A DNA stretch of 64,000 nucleotides from Amoebidium appalachense. Taxonomy: Eukaryota; Protista; Ichthyosporea. Below, one piece after another: positions 1 to 30,347 of the stretch. The stretch covers positions 5,621,264 to 5,685,263 of the forward strand of contig CAVNZM010000006.1 in the NCBI GenBank assembly GCA_963693365.1. Reading direction: 5' to 3'. The translations under genes were made by a program, and so were the position numbers. How positions within the stretch are numbered: position 1 is the stretch's first letter; each line of letters starts with the position of its first letter. The notes under the pieces are model-generated. The model was not told the origin of the DNA. It searched no databases and saw only the letters and a program-made list of their open reading frames with translations.

Positions 1-2
1 TA

Positions 3-16039
<16,037 letters not shown>

Positions 16040-16096
16040 TTGTACTTTATCCTTTTCTCTTTTTTCTTTTCTTTTCTTTTCTTTCCTTTCCTTTTT

Positions 16097-16129
<33 letters not shown>

Positions 16130-17131
16130 GGGGGGTGCATTGTTGTATGCGGGATATTCAATTTAGCGATTGCCCTTGCTTATAGCAACCTGTTGTCAGG
16201 GTTTTGGGGGTTTCTTCCTGTTAGTGTCCCTGGGCGCTGGGCGAGGATTTGCATTGGTGCTAATCGGTAACTGTAGGGGTTCCGACGCCCTCGTATGCCC
16301 AATTTTTTTCTTTTTCCTCTCTCCAAACTCTCCCTTTCGTAGGCGCCGGGGTAGAGAATCATTTTTCATCGTCGTGTGTGTCACGTGTGTGTGTGTGTGT
16401 ACGTGTACGTGTACATGTACGTGTGTATGCGCAGCGTGTGTTTGCAGATAGGGAGAGAGTTTGGGAAGGGGAGGGGGAGGGGAGGGGGGGGGGGGGGGGG
16501 GGGGAGGGGGGAGGCGGGGGAGGCTAAAGTATAATGGTTGCACTTCTAGTTAAATATCTTTTCATATCACAGCCATTGAATACTGAAGCTGTTGCAAGGT
16601 ATTCTTGTACATGTATGTTGCCTTTTGTACATATGCCATATATAGTGCTTTAGTAGTCTATAGAGGGAGGAGAATTGCAAGATTTGTACAAGTTCTACAC
16701 ACTTGAACGTAAGAAGTTCATGTAGCAGCCCGAAACCATATTGCGTTGCACAACTCACATCTATATGCTGTGTTAGAGGTATACAGTAACTCACTGTATA
16801 ACAAGGTTCACTGACTGTCTGAGTCCGGATGTTATATGTATGCATATGGATAAATCTGGCAGCCTTTCGTGGCACCGAATAAAGTACCTAGGGTGTATGC
16901 CATATATGGTATCTCAGCTGGTCACCGGATTGGCCAGAGGGAGCGTCCAATAAAAGTGCAATGACCCCCTATGTCTGGCATTTCCCCCCCCCCCCCCCCA
17001 TGCCCACAACCACCACCACCACCACAAGTACGGTACCATACACACTCACAAACACACGATTACGTGCACAAATATGTGCACACACCGTTGTTGTGATACA
17101 CAAACACACGCACACGCACACACACACCGTG

Positions 17132-17172
<41 letters not shown>

Positions 17173-18568
17173 TACACACACATTGCCGGCCTCCTACGAT
17201 ATATATATTGTCCATATAAGGAAACTCAAAAAAACCGTTTTTGTAAAAGGAGCCCCTACGTTTCAAAACGCGGACCTGCAACTGTAACATGTTAACACAG
17301 GGAAAAGTAGAGCCCGTTTTGTTTAAATTTGTGTTCCATGACCGTCGTCGGCATTTCTCGATTACGCACATCTGTACTTGTGTCTGGTATATGCTATGAT
17401 ACTCCTTGTATCACTTTGTCATCTTACTTTCAATTTATTTCTGAGTCGGCTGTTGTGTATTGTCATGTACATCACATTGGAACTTTATCTCATCAACATG
17501 AGTTTGCAATGAAGTTGTTTGAAAGGACAATTGCCATACACAGGCCGCTGAGATTTAACCGTTCATAATTGAATGTACTCTCGATATAGCTAGCTATAGA
17601 TCAACTTTCATATGAAAAACGTTGAATATTCATACATATGATGAATATAATACAAATGCAACGCGTAGGTAGGAACGTCATAATACTGGCACACGTTGTT
17701 ATATAGAGATCGATGACCTCGGACCCACTGTTTCTATTACGGCCGTTAACACACAATCTCGATATCAAACACAAGAATATGGCGCACACGTGCACAGCTG
17801 AGAAACAAAATATGTGCATATATATACGTCGGCGTGCATGTTTTTTCTTAAAAAGCAGTTACTTTTGGGTACGTGGTGGTCTCTAGTGTGATGGTAGTGG
17901 TACCGGTGGTTGGGGGATGGTTGGTTCAGTCGGGGAGGGAGGGAGGGAGGGAGGGAGGGGGGGGGGAGGGGGGGGGGGGGGGGAAGGGGGGCCAGCATGT
18001 GTTCAATCGATTACAGAAACCGGCATTCAGCTTTGGTACATACACAGTATGTGTGACTTCATTTGTTGGGCAGTGTGACTTCATTTGTTGTCAAATCAAA
18101 AACCAAGGTAAGCCAAAAAAAGATGAGATGACTTCTAATTGGCCACTAATAGTATCGTATAAAACCTACAATCCCTGCTATTCTAATTAGCCTACGCAAC
18201 GACATAAATCGGAAAACGAAGTTTAAGGAGTAATCAATCAACCTAAGGTTTTGCTGGTGTATTTGTGTAGTGTTTCAGAGTATATGCAGTCACAAGACGA
18301 AGAGATAGGGCACTAAAAAAAAACTAAAATACCTTAACAGTGTGTTGTGTGTGTACAGAATCTATATGTAAACTAATCCGAGTATTACAACTGACATTTC
18401 AAAATACTGCATTCTCCAAGCACAGTCCTGGTATTCGATGTAACACGGCTTTTAGTGTACACACATTGCGACAACATTCTGTGATTTCGAGCTAACAAAA
18501 TTATGAGGCCCACCTCTAATAATAACAGGCTACATGTGTGTGCGTGTGTGTGTGTGTGAGTGTATGTG

Positions 18569-18610
<42 letters not shown>

Positions 18611-18831
18611 AGAGAGAAATCCTAAAGAAAAGTGAGAAGAGAAACTCAGTGATTTGGGTAAAAGGGGGGAGGGAACAGGGTTAACAAGACATTACTATGT
18701 CACGAATATCATAAGCGTCAGATATGATGACTAAAGAAAAAAGACATTTGAGAAAACATCTACTGTAACACCCTTCTAACGCACTCTATCAACAGCAACT
18801 ACTTTGGAGAATCTAAGAGGTGAATCAATAC

Positions 18832-19165
18832 TATGGGGTGGAAACGGACGTAACCGCCGGTGGCGACATGGGCACCGCCGCCCCGGACCAAGATTTCCTG
18901 CTGTCTGATTGGTTGGCTTGATCGATCTGAGCCACTGCGCCAAATTCCAAAATCATTGCGAAGCGGTAAAAGTGCATGAAAATTTTATAATATTTATGAA
19001 TATATGTTATGAAATATGAATATAGAACAAATACATATGATTATAAATATGAGCAATATAAAAATATACAAACATACATATAAATTCATGCCACTTACAG
19101 GCAGCGCCACGGCTGCTATGGTGCGCCGTGGCGCCACCGGCCGATACGTCCGTTTCCACCCCATA
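18832..19165. mobile_element. MITE with perfect ~21-bp terminal inverted repeats, probable TA target duplication
   Basis: TATGGGGTGGAAACGGACGTA ... TACGTCCGTTTCCACCCCATA, with further imperfect inner symmetry (CCGGTGGCG / CGCCACCGG). Confidence 0.8.
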
Positions 19166-19533
19166 ATTATAGACACACTGAGTGCACACACACCCACATC
19201 CACACACACCATCTACCCACCCATCCACACAGACGTGCACGTGCACATACCCACACACTTAGTCACACGCACACACACAGTCACGCACGCACGCACGCAC
19301 ACACACACAGTCCACCTCCCCCCCCCCCCCCCCCCCCCCCCCTCCTCTCCTCTCCCCTCCCCCCCCCTTCCCCCTCACCCCCTCACCCACCCACCCACCC
19401 ACACATAGTCATCAAAGAACAACAACCAACAACATCAACCGCTTAACCTTCATTGAATTGGACGTTGAGGTTACCAGTGGTCGTTTTCATTTTCACACAC
19501 ACACACATACCCCCGCCCCCTCCTCCCTCCCCC

Positions 19534-19575
<42 letters not shown>

Positions 19576-19651
19576 TATCAAAGAACAATAACCAATATAT
19601 CATTCCTTTTTTTACAATCAAACAATAAAGAAAAAGCTTTAAACAATATCA

Positions 19652-20098
19652 TTAACCCTCGTTGAATTGGACGTTGAGGTTAGCAGTTGTCGTTTTCATT
19701 TTCTTTCTGCTCCCCTCTTCGTTCCCAACCCCCTCCTTCAACGGCGTCTGGTGTGGTGTGTGGTGGGGGGTGCATGTCTGCTCCTTGCGACGTTTGACTG
19801 GTGACTCGGGGCATGGGATGGTTTGGGATTGTTCGATGTAGTATTTCGCACTGTAGAAACATAAACAGGACAGTGTCAGTGGTGTGGCGTTTTTTTAATA
19901 TATAATTTTATTTTATTTTGTTTCATTATCATTATCATTATCATTATCATTATCATTATCATTATCATCATTATTATTATTATATTATTATTTTTTATTT
20001 ATTATTTTTTTTTTTTGGGTGGGGGGGGGGGGGGGGGGGGGGGGCAATGTTTGGCGTGACGGAGTTCAGGGAGTGGAAGGTATGGGGTGGGGTGGGGT

Positions 20099-20129
<31 letters not shown>

Positions 20130-20264
20130 CGCTTTCGTTGTGTGTAAAGCAGATGGCTATGCACGTGGTGTGATTTCAAAAAATATCTGGGTAGGCTGCA
20201 GGAGAATGAGAGCTCATCGATGAGGATATTGCACCATTGTTTGTGTGTGTGTGCACCCTTGTGA

Positions 20265-20305
<41 letters not shown>

Positions 20306-21100
20306 CCCGCGTGCGTGCACGTCATTGTATCTGTAATCATGTGTGTGTGTGTGTGTGTGTGTGTGTATGCCCGCCCGCACACATGCTTGCCTGTGTTCGT
20401 GGGTGGGGGTGTGTAGCTTCGGATGTAAGGTGGGGAGGAGGGCAAGGCATGCAGATAAGAGGGGGGACTGTGTTTGCATATGTGCTTGTGTGTGTATTAA
20501 AACCAAAAAGCTCCGCGGGGGGAGGGGGGGACATACGTGTCTCCATAGACCTCACGCATGGCTTTGCGGAATGCAGTTTGCAGGTGTCCCTCCTGGGTGA
20601 GCACGTATATCATCAGCTCAGTATGTTACCACTCCCTCCCCCTTCTCCCCTCCCCCCCCCCCCCCCCCCCCCCCACCCCACGGGTAAACACGCCTGCGCA
20701 CATTCTCACCCACCCACACCCACACAACTGCATGCACACACGGTGCACATGCAGGCACGTGCATATGCATGTGGGGCGGGCGGGGGGGTGTGCCTGCACC
20801 CGGACATGTGCGCACACACACACACACACATACAGAACAACTCAACCACCCATTGACTCACATAAACCCACACACATTGACACCCACACACACACATGAC
20901 ACCCACCGTCCGCCCGCCCGCCCGCCTACCCAGCCACAATCACACACACACACACCCCTCGCCTCCTCTCCCCCCCAACACATCAAACGTCACCACATCC
21001 ACCCACCTACTCATCACCTGACCCACCCACAGACACATTCACACCACACCCACTTGTTTGCCTGCCCACAACCACGCCCATGCCCGCCACCACCCACAAG

Positions 21101-21133
<33 letters not shown>

Positions 21134-21592
21134 TGTACATACACTCGCCATACACCTGCCCACACATCCACCCGCTCGTCCTCCTTCCCCCCTCCCCTCC
21201 CCTCTCGTCTCCCCCATACACACACAGACACTTGCCCATACATCCACCCGCTCACACCCACCTCAACCACACCTCAACCACACCCCTCCACCCACATCCA
21301 CAACACCGTACCTCCCTCCCCCCTCCCCCTTCCTCACCACACCCACCCCCGCACCCCTCATACCTGGTCTGGCTTTCTGCAGTACACACGGAAAAACCTC
21401 TCCTGGAATTCTGCCGGAAGCAGCCTGCTCACTTGGCTACGGTTAAGGTCGAACGGGGTGGAGTTTTGGTCTGCAAGGGGAGGGGGGGGGGGGGGGGGGG
21501 GGGGGGGAGGAAGTGAGGATGGGCGGGATTGGGAACCACACAGAGAGGGACAAACGGACACACGGAGACACATAGGATAAACACACGGAAAG

Positions 21593-21631
<39 letters not shown>

Positions 21632-21847
21632 CAACATACCCACACACCATTACAAAACACTTGCCATTGCTGAATACTCGATTCTGTATCATCACTTCCC
21701 CACCACCTCCCCCTCGTGCCCCACCCCCACCTCCCCACCCTACCCCCCTTCGCCCCCACACAAGGCATGTATGTGTGGGTCCATTTCACTTCCTTTCACC
21801 ATTTTCTCATCCCCCGCTCCTCATCTCACACCACAACAGCTCCGAAG

Positions 21848-21890
<43 letters not shown>

Positions 21891-22131
21891 CTCTCTATTC
21901 CCTACAAGCACCCATCCACCCCTCCCCTCTATGCCCCCCACACAGGCACACACCTTGCCACCTGCTGAAGAAATGGATGTTGTTGACTGGGTCTTTGTCC
22001 TTCATTGCATAGTCGATGAACACACTGTCTAGGATCACGTCTTCCTCCTGTGGGGAAAAAAAAAAAAAAAAAAAAAAAAAAAAGGAAAGGAAAGGAAAGG
22101 AAAAAGAAAAATGAAAGATGGAAAGGAAGGC

Positions 22132-22163
<32 letters not shown>

Positions 22164-22731
22164 GGAGGGGGGGGGGGGGGGGGGAATGAACACAGCCTCC
22201 AACATTTGCATCATCATTGGTGGCAAAACAAAAAAAACAAAAAACAAAAAACAAAAAACAAAAAAGCCAAGGGGGAAAAAAAAAAAGAAGAAGGAAAAAA
22301 TTTCTAATACATGGGGCTCCAAATTTCGCACCTCTGATGATTTTGGTGAAACCAGCCTAGAAGACTAAATCGCATAGGACTGACATATCACATGGTATAC
22401 TCAATGCAGACTACATTTTATATGCAATTAACTCCTGCATGGCTAACAATTCAGCAATTGTTAACGACTATGTCGGCCTTTCTCGATCGTGACGTAGTTG
22501 TGACGTAGTATTTTTACCATATCCGGTATTCCCAACCATATGTGGTAATAGCCAATCAGTCCGCTTGTCGGCCTGGGCTGGCCGTGAGCGACCGTGGTAC
22601 GTGTCCGATGACGTCTTTTTCAAATTCATAACATCATCAATGACATCATAGACTACGTCATATTCGAGAAAGGCCGACCGTAATTGAGCTCATATAATGC
22701 AGCTTTTAGGCAGTCTTACGGTAGAATCCCC

Positions 22732-22762
<31 letters not shown>

Positions 22763-22949
22763 ATGCCTCCCCTCCCCCCACCCCTACCCTCACAACAGCC
22801 CCTCACCCATCCTTACTCTCTGTTACAAATAAACGTACCGTGATGTTTGCCGCGTGGGGTGCATGTGTGGCTACAAACTCCGGGGTGATCTTTTTCTGCT
22901 TTGGGAAAACGAAAAAAAAATTCTGTTAGCTACTAGCCCGGCAACATGG

Positions 22950-23040
<91 letters not shown>

Positions 23041-23203
23041 GGATTGTATGGGTGAAAACAGGCGAAAGGTGTAAAGAAGGGCACGGTTGCGCTGCGTTTC
23101 CATCCAAATCCTTTTCACCAAACATGCTCTTGAATTAGATGTGTGTCCGTGCGTATGTGGTGGGGTCAAAGAAAAAAATTAAAAATGGTGGTGGTGGTGG
23201 TGG

Positions 23204-23291
<88 letters not shown>

Positions 23292-23619
23292 GAGGGGGGG
23301 GGGGGGGGGGGGGGGGAAGAAAACAGACAAAGAGTGCCCTGTGGTGCTCCAGAGACTCTTTTGGGACCTCAATCTTTGAGCTGACGCTGCCTTGGAAGTT
23401 GGGCACCTCAAGAACAGTACTGTTGAACTGATCGGCCATCTGATTGGTTATGGGTCACGAGGTGTGTGTGTGTGTGTGTGTGCGTGTGTGTGTGGGCAGG
23501 GAGGGGGTGGAGAGGAGGAGGGAGAGGTGGAGGGGAGGGGGGGGGGGGGGGGGGGAGAATGGGTTAGAATGTGTTACACACACACACACAACCAGCTGAT
23601 ACCGAGTGTCCCAGGGAAG

Positions 23620-23679
<60 letters not shown>

Positions 23680-24754
23680 AAAAAACCCTGATATATAGTC
23701 ATCACCCGAAATCTATGTACGTGATCATGATATACCGCTGAGGGGATATTCCGAGCAAACCCCCCCCCATACCTGAGACTGGTTTCTCTTTGCCTCGAGT
23801 AAACAGCGTAAACCCCCCGAACGTGTTACAGAATAGCAAGTACACATTTATGCTGAACAACACAAGTCAAAATCTGAAAAGCATACAACCACAAAGAATA
23901 TGCATCACAAGCAGAGCCCATCCAGAGGGGGAGGCCAAGTAACTCACCTACCCGGGTTGGGTGGGTGGGTGGGGTAGGGTGGGATCTTGGGATGTTGGGA
24001 TGTTGGGATGTTGGGGGGGGGGGGGTGGGGGGAAAGGTGATGGGGGATAAGACATCTGCAAAAGAGCAAACTGACTATACTTATTTGTGATTTTTGCTGT
24101 TGCTTTCTTTTTGCTCTGAGGGCAGGTGCACGTTACAGCTTGCATGAGTGTGCGAAAGAGGAAGATCTGTGCAAGTGCCAATCCAACATTTCCCTTAATA
24201 TTTTAAAATAAATCAAACCATGGCACCCATCATGCCTCCCACACCCTTACTTTGTATATCTTTCGTCTGTTGAGGTTGTCGATGATGGCTTGTGCCTTCT
24301 TCATTCCCTCACTCTGTGGAGAGGGGGGGGGACGACATCAGAGATACACCATGGGGAGAGGGGGGGAGGGGGGGGGGGGGGGGGGGGGACGACATCAGAG
24401 GTACACCAGGAACTGTCGTAATGCAAATGGGAGAAATACCATGAAATTTTGCAGGACATTAGAGATATACACCATGAACTTTCGTAAGACACATGGAAGA
24501 TGTACCATGATATTTTGCAAGACAGACATAAGGGGGGTTATACCACGGGTTTTTGCAAGACACGAGATATATACCATGGAATTTTGAAAACATACGGGAG
24601 ACATACCGTGGATTCCGAGTTGGATATACGAGATAGAATGGTGTCATCCAGCTTGAGATATTTCTCCGGGGAATGGACTGCCTCATGAAGTTTGAACTCT
24701 TCGTTTGCGTAAACAAGCGCATCCACAATCATGTGCTCCACTGCCCGGCCTGTG

Positions 24755-24806
<52 letters not shown>

Positions 24807-25969
24807 GGGGGGGATGTCTGCGTTAGAGGGCTGGAAATATGGTGGAGACAACAAAGAACAACAAAACGTCACAAAAGTGAGGAAATTCAAAATCAACCAA
24901 TTTAAGCGTTGAGGCAGAAGACACTTGAACAGAGCCCATCATCAGGGGGGTTCCTATGCCTCCACAAAAGCATGGGTTTCGACTCTTTAGCCTCTCGCGC
25001 GTGGTTCCCAACCCATACTTTGTTTCAACAGCAATAGGCGAGTCCACCCGTCTTGGCCAAAGACGAGCAGGGTTGTTCAAGGAGCAGCAATTTAAGAAAC
25101 AGAGTCTACAAAAACTGCAGGCAGACAAAAACAAAGAAAACAAGCAGAGAAGTAGAGCATAAGCCGGGCTTCTACAAAGCTCCCCGACTCCCTAACCTAT
25201 GGAGAAGGGGAGGGGGGGGGGGGGGGGAGGGGGCAGAGGGGAGAGGGGGGAGGGGGGAAACGGGGGAGGGGGGGACATGGAGACAGAGAGAACGAGGGGG
25301 GGAGCTTAACCTGGCCACTATTGTTTTATTAGAGGGTTACCCCACGTAATAAACCAATAGGTTTGACCCATGCCACTGGGGGGCAGTGAACCTGACCGGG
25401 TGGAACTTTAACGTGTTCGAACGGGTGGGTAAGCCACTGGCGGCTAGCCAGCATTCACATCGTACCCATGGGCTTTAGGAAGCCAAAACGGTAGCCAAGT
25501 TGTATCACTTCATGTGACACGCCATATGTCGAGACCCATTGTGAACGGAGTGTAGTCGATATATATGTGTGTGTATATGATATTGATATTGTGTGTGTGA
25601 GTAAGATTATATTGGTATGCGAATTCTTCGAATGATGGATTTGAGAATGAATGAATAATGTATGCTGCGATACATCGATGGATTGTTTCTAATATGATAT
25701 GGTCTTATAAATGAGTTTTTTGTAGATATATCCTTTCACTAGTAGTCTAGATATTAGGGTAGCTGCGTGAATGGAGAAAGCATGCAATGAGGAGCACTTA
25801 CGGTGATAGCTACATAGTTGACTAGTTATGATACCATATGGGGATACGGGATACGGGGTACGTGTGTGCGCGGGCGAGTGTGTGTGTGTTATGCCGTGAG
25901 CATTTCGTAAGTCCGTGGGTGAGCAATTGATCATCGTGAACACTTATTTGTCAGTTGCTGTGTAGGGGG

Positions 25970-26003
<34 letters not shown>

Positions 26004-26024
26004 CCACCACCACCACCACCACCA

Positions 26025-26060
<36 letters not shown>

Positions 26061-26371
26061 TTCTTTTTCCATTTTCCGTTTTCCAGTCCTTTTTTTCCTT
26101 TTTTCTTTCTTCCTTTTTTTTTTTTTTTTTTTTATGGGTGGGGGGGGGGGGGGGGGGAGGGGGGTATGCAACGTATTATCATTCAATGGCTAATAAACAT
26201 TTCGTCCCTACAACAGAAAGATCTAGACAGCAACAAAAGAAAAACAGCGAAATTATAACTGCCAACAGGTGTTATCGTCACCTTGTCAAAACAGATGTAC
26301 CCAAGTGGGCTACTCTGATAAGGCCTTGGGGGAGAGGGAACGTTGAAATGGGCCTCCCCGCCGGGGAGGGG

Positions 26372-26409
<38 letters not shown>

Positions 26410-26592
26410 AGAGGGGAGAGGGGAGAGGGGCAGAAGGGGAGGGGGGAGGGGGGAGGGGGGGACACTTACTGACACGGTGGGTGTAGACGCGCTTGTGCAT
26501 GCGGTAACGTGACTGAAAGAGATCGTAGAGAGACTCTGCTAGGTCCATTTTAAAGCAGATCTCATTGGAGAGCACGAGGCTCAACTCCATAA

Positions 26593-26655
<63 letters not shown>

Positions 26656-26660
26656 GGGGT

Positions 26661-26691
<31 letters not shown>

Positions 26692-26879
26692 AGCGAAAGG
26701 GTAAGGAGAGAGCTGTGCGTCTGTGGGTGTAGGAGGAAAGAGAAGGGGAAAAGGGAAAAGGGAAAGAAGAAAGGGAAATGGGGGAAGTGTGTTTGTGTGT
26801 GTGTGTGTGTGCATGTGTTTTCTTTTCCTCTTTCTTTTTTCTTTTTCTTTCTTTCTTTCTTTCTTTCTTTTTTTTTTTT

Positions 26880-26922
<43 letters not shown>

Positions 26923-26995
26923 GAATGCAAGCTCGACCGTGTGTGTCCCACAGGTTTGTGCGTGTGCGTTTGCGTGTGCGTATGTGTCCTAATGT

Positions 26996-27026
<31 letters not shown>

Positions 27027-27347
27027 CGTGTGCTGGTGCGTTATGCGGGTGCCGTGTGTGTGCACTTGGTGTGTACGTGCATGTGAGTCCTTACGTGCGC
27101 ATGTTTTGTATCGATGTATGTGTGGGTGTGCCTTGGTGCGACGTGGGATGTTCGATCTGTGTACTCTTGTGTTCGTGTTCGTGTGTGTCGTGTGCGTGTG
27201 GGTTGCTTCGGGGAATCGGGTCGGTCGTGGATGTTCAAATGAGAATATGCATATGTGTGCGCGCGCTCGGCGGGGGGAGGGGGGAGGGGGGAGGGGGAGG
27301 GTGTCAAGATGACAGAGAGAAAATGGCCCCTTCTGGGGAGGGAGGGA

Positions 27348-27387
<40 letters not shown>

Positions 27388-27964
27388 ATACACGAAGTAG
27401 CACTTCATAGAAAAACAAACACGCAGAAGGGGTATTTGTGCATAAGTAATTGGAAGGTGGGTGGGAGGAGAAAGAGAGGGTAGATATACCTGGATGGGTC
27501 TGTGAAGCCGCTGTTTATGCCCGTGTTGTAGCTGTCACGTGCAAGATAGTCAAACTTATCCACGTCTACACTGTTGCGCTAGGGGGATTGGGAAAATGGA
27601 AAAACCAATAAGTAACGCAACCCCAAGGGAGGGGAGGAGGAGGAGGAGGGGGGGGGGGGGGGGGGGGGGGGAAGGTATAATGTGGAACAGGGTACGAATT
27701 ACGACTTACGACTACATATTGAGAGATTAGGGTGCAGGACACAGGACAGGACTGGTATGAAAAAGCATACTTGTAAGTATGCAGCATAAGCAAAACACAT
27801 CCTCGGGGAGGAGGGGGTGGGTGGGTGGTGGTGGTGGGGGGGGAGGGGGGGGGGGTTTGAATGCGGAACACGGTACAAAGTACGCATACACGATGAGAAG
27901 CAAGGTGCAGGACACATGCAAAGGCAAACATTCAAGTATGCAACATAAGCCATGCGCACAGTAT

Positions 27965-28000
<36 letters not shown>

Positions 28001-28696
28001 GGAGGTGCATCATGTTGCTTTATGGCTTGCCCAAGTATCTATGATCATATTGGGTAGATACAAGATCAAAGGAATGGGCATGTGCGATCCTTCCCCCCCC
28101 TCCCCCCCCCCCCCCCCCCCCCCCGGGGGCACCCCTACACTTCACTTTCTTTCAGTGATTGTGAATAACGAAAACGGGGGGGGGGGGGGGGGGGTTTGCA
28201 CATACCTGGTTTGCAACGATGTCGAAAAGCCACAGTTTCTCCCTATCCTCCCCCACAGCCATATCTCGATCCCCGAGAATCAACGCCTTGATCAGGCTGG
28301 GGAAAAAAAGGGAAAAATGCCGTGAGGAAGCTGGTAAAAAAAACTACAAGCCAGCTATGAGTGCAAGATAAATTAGTCAGCTAACCGGTATACATATACT
28401 ATTACTATAATATATTTACTATTATCATTTGCTTTTAAAGCAACTACATAGCGCGTAAACAATCATGGTCACAAACTAACCCAACAAGCTAGTTAAGTGC
28501 ACAAACTCAAAGAGCCACCCATTCGAATTTACAAACCAAAGCAACCATCCGTTCATGTTCACAAGCTCAAACGGGGGGAGATGGGGAGCGGGTTAGAATG
28601 CGGAACACCGTACGAAGTTTCAACTACACGATGAAAAACACGGTGCAGGACACATGCAAAAGCAAACATTCAAGGGTTTGGGGTGGTGGTGGTGGT

Positions 28697-28732
<36 letters not shown>

Positions 28733-29112
28733 AGAAAAATACTTTCTGTCGTTTTTGGTCAGGCACGTGACCAGGGGACTCTCGTCGTTGCCGTCTGCCT
28801 GTGCCTCCAGATCCTCGATCATGTGGTCGAACAGCATCACCGAGCCCTTCTCATGCTTCCACAGCGTGGATTTGTCCGCGTTGGGCCTGTGTGTGTACGT
28901 GTACGTGTACGTGTGTGTGTTTTTTTTTTGGGGGGGGGGGGGAAGGAAGGATGGGAGGGGGGTGGGCAGGTGAAGAGAGGGGGGGGGAAGGGAGGGAGGG
29001 GGTGGTGGGGGAAGGAGGGGGGGGGGGGGGGTGGGGGAGGGGGGGGGGGGGGGGGGGGGGAATGAGAGAAGGGAAGGGGTAGGAGGGAATGTGTGTGTGA
29101 GTGTGTGAGTGC

Positions 29113-29170
<58 letters not shown>

Positions 29171-29342
29171 ATGTGGGTGTGTACGTGTGCGCATGTGTGT
29201 GTGTGCAGGCGAGTGAATGTGAATTTAGTTGAAGGAGTGTGTATGTGTTTTTGCCGTTGAATCGCATGTTTGTCTTTCGCACCTTTGCCCTTTGCACTTT
29301 TTTGTTCGCGCGCGCGTGTGTGTGTATGTGAAGGGGCGAGCT

Positions 29343-29383
<41 letters not shown>

Positions 29384-29560
29384 AAGGAAACGAGAGGATA
29401 CCGCCAAGCGCTCGTGCTGTCTAAAACAGTACAGAAGAATCACACGGAACTAGAAATCGCAAGCATCTTACTTTCTAACAGGCCAACCGAGAATTCAGGT
29501 GGTACAACTTGTGCATCCATAAACCGCCAAAACTACACCCACACACACACAGGCATGCAG

Positions 29561-29594
<34 letters not shown>

Positions 29595-30316
29595 GCACGT
29601 GCAGGAGCAGTTAGACACCACATTGATACTCACAGGACCCGCGGCATAAACTGGCCATCAAACACGTGGCTGAACGGTCCGTGCCCTGTTAAGGTCTGGT
29701 GTCAGCCACCCGAATCCATCCCGTCTGCCCCCCCCCCGCCTCGCCCTGTCTCTATTCCTGCCTACCTTATCGTCCCTCCCCTAAAAAAAAAGGAGGGGGG
29801 GGGGGGAAGATGGAAAAAAAAAAGATGAAATCCTCTAAATGCACTAAGCATGTCTCCCCCCCCCCCCCCCCTCCCCCCTGCCCACCCCATCTCCTTCCAA
29901 CGGAATCTTTCTATCCTTCACATCACCCCCTCCCCCGTCCCCTCCCCCCCTCCCTCTGGCCCCCGCCTCCTTCCAAAATCTCCATGCCCTTCAAAATACA
30001 CGAAGTATCGATCCCATCATAGCACCTTTAACCCTTTAATAGTCAAAAATATAAAATCAGTCGCCTTTTTTGGACCCACATACCGATGTCGTGCAACAGG
30101 CCTGCCAGACCCACACACTCCTTGTCACGGTAATCCACGTCCAGATTGTTGCGGTGGTTGCGCTTAAGCGTATCTACCCATTTACGGGCCAAGTGGTACG
30201 CGCCTGTTATGCCGTGCGAGAGAGAGGGCGGGGGGGGGGGGGGGGGGGGGGGGATGGGAGGACGGGGGGAGAGGGGAAGGGAGATGGAGAAAAGAAGGGA
30301 ATAGGGAATGGGGGGA

Positions 30317-30347
<31 letters not shown>

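Noticed and set aside
24330-24600. CRISPR-like repeat/spacer appearance
   Set aside because: Eukaryotic intron, degenerate contiguous units derived from the exon boundary, and no cas genes.
24924-25081. Box C/D snoRNA or tRNA-derived SINE interpretation (TGATGA/CTGA; GTCGAAAC as a B box)
   Set aside because: There is no 5' box C, A box or cloverleaf, and TGATGA becomes TGAGGA in subfamily B.
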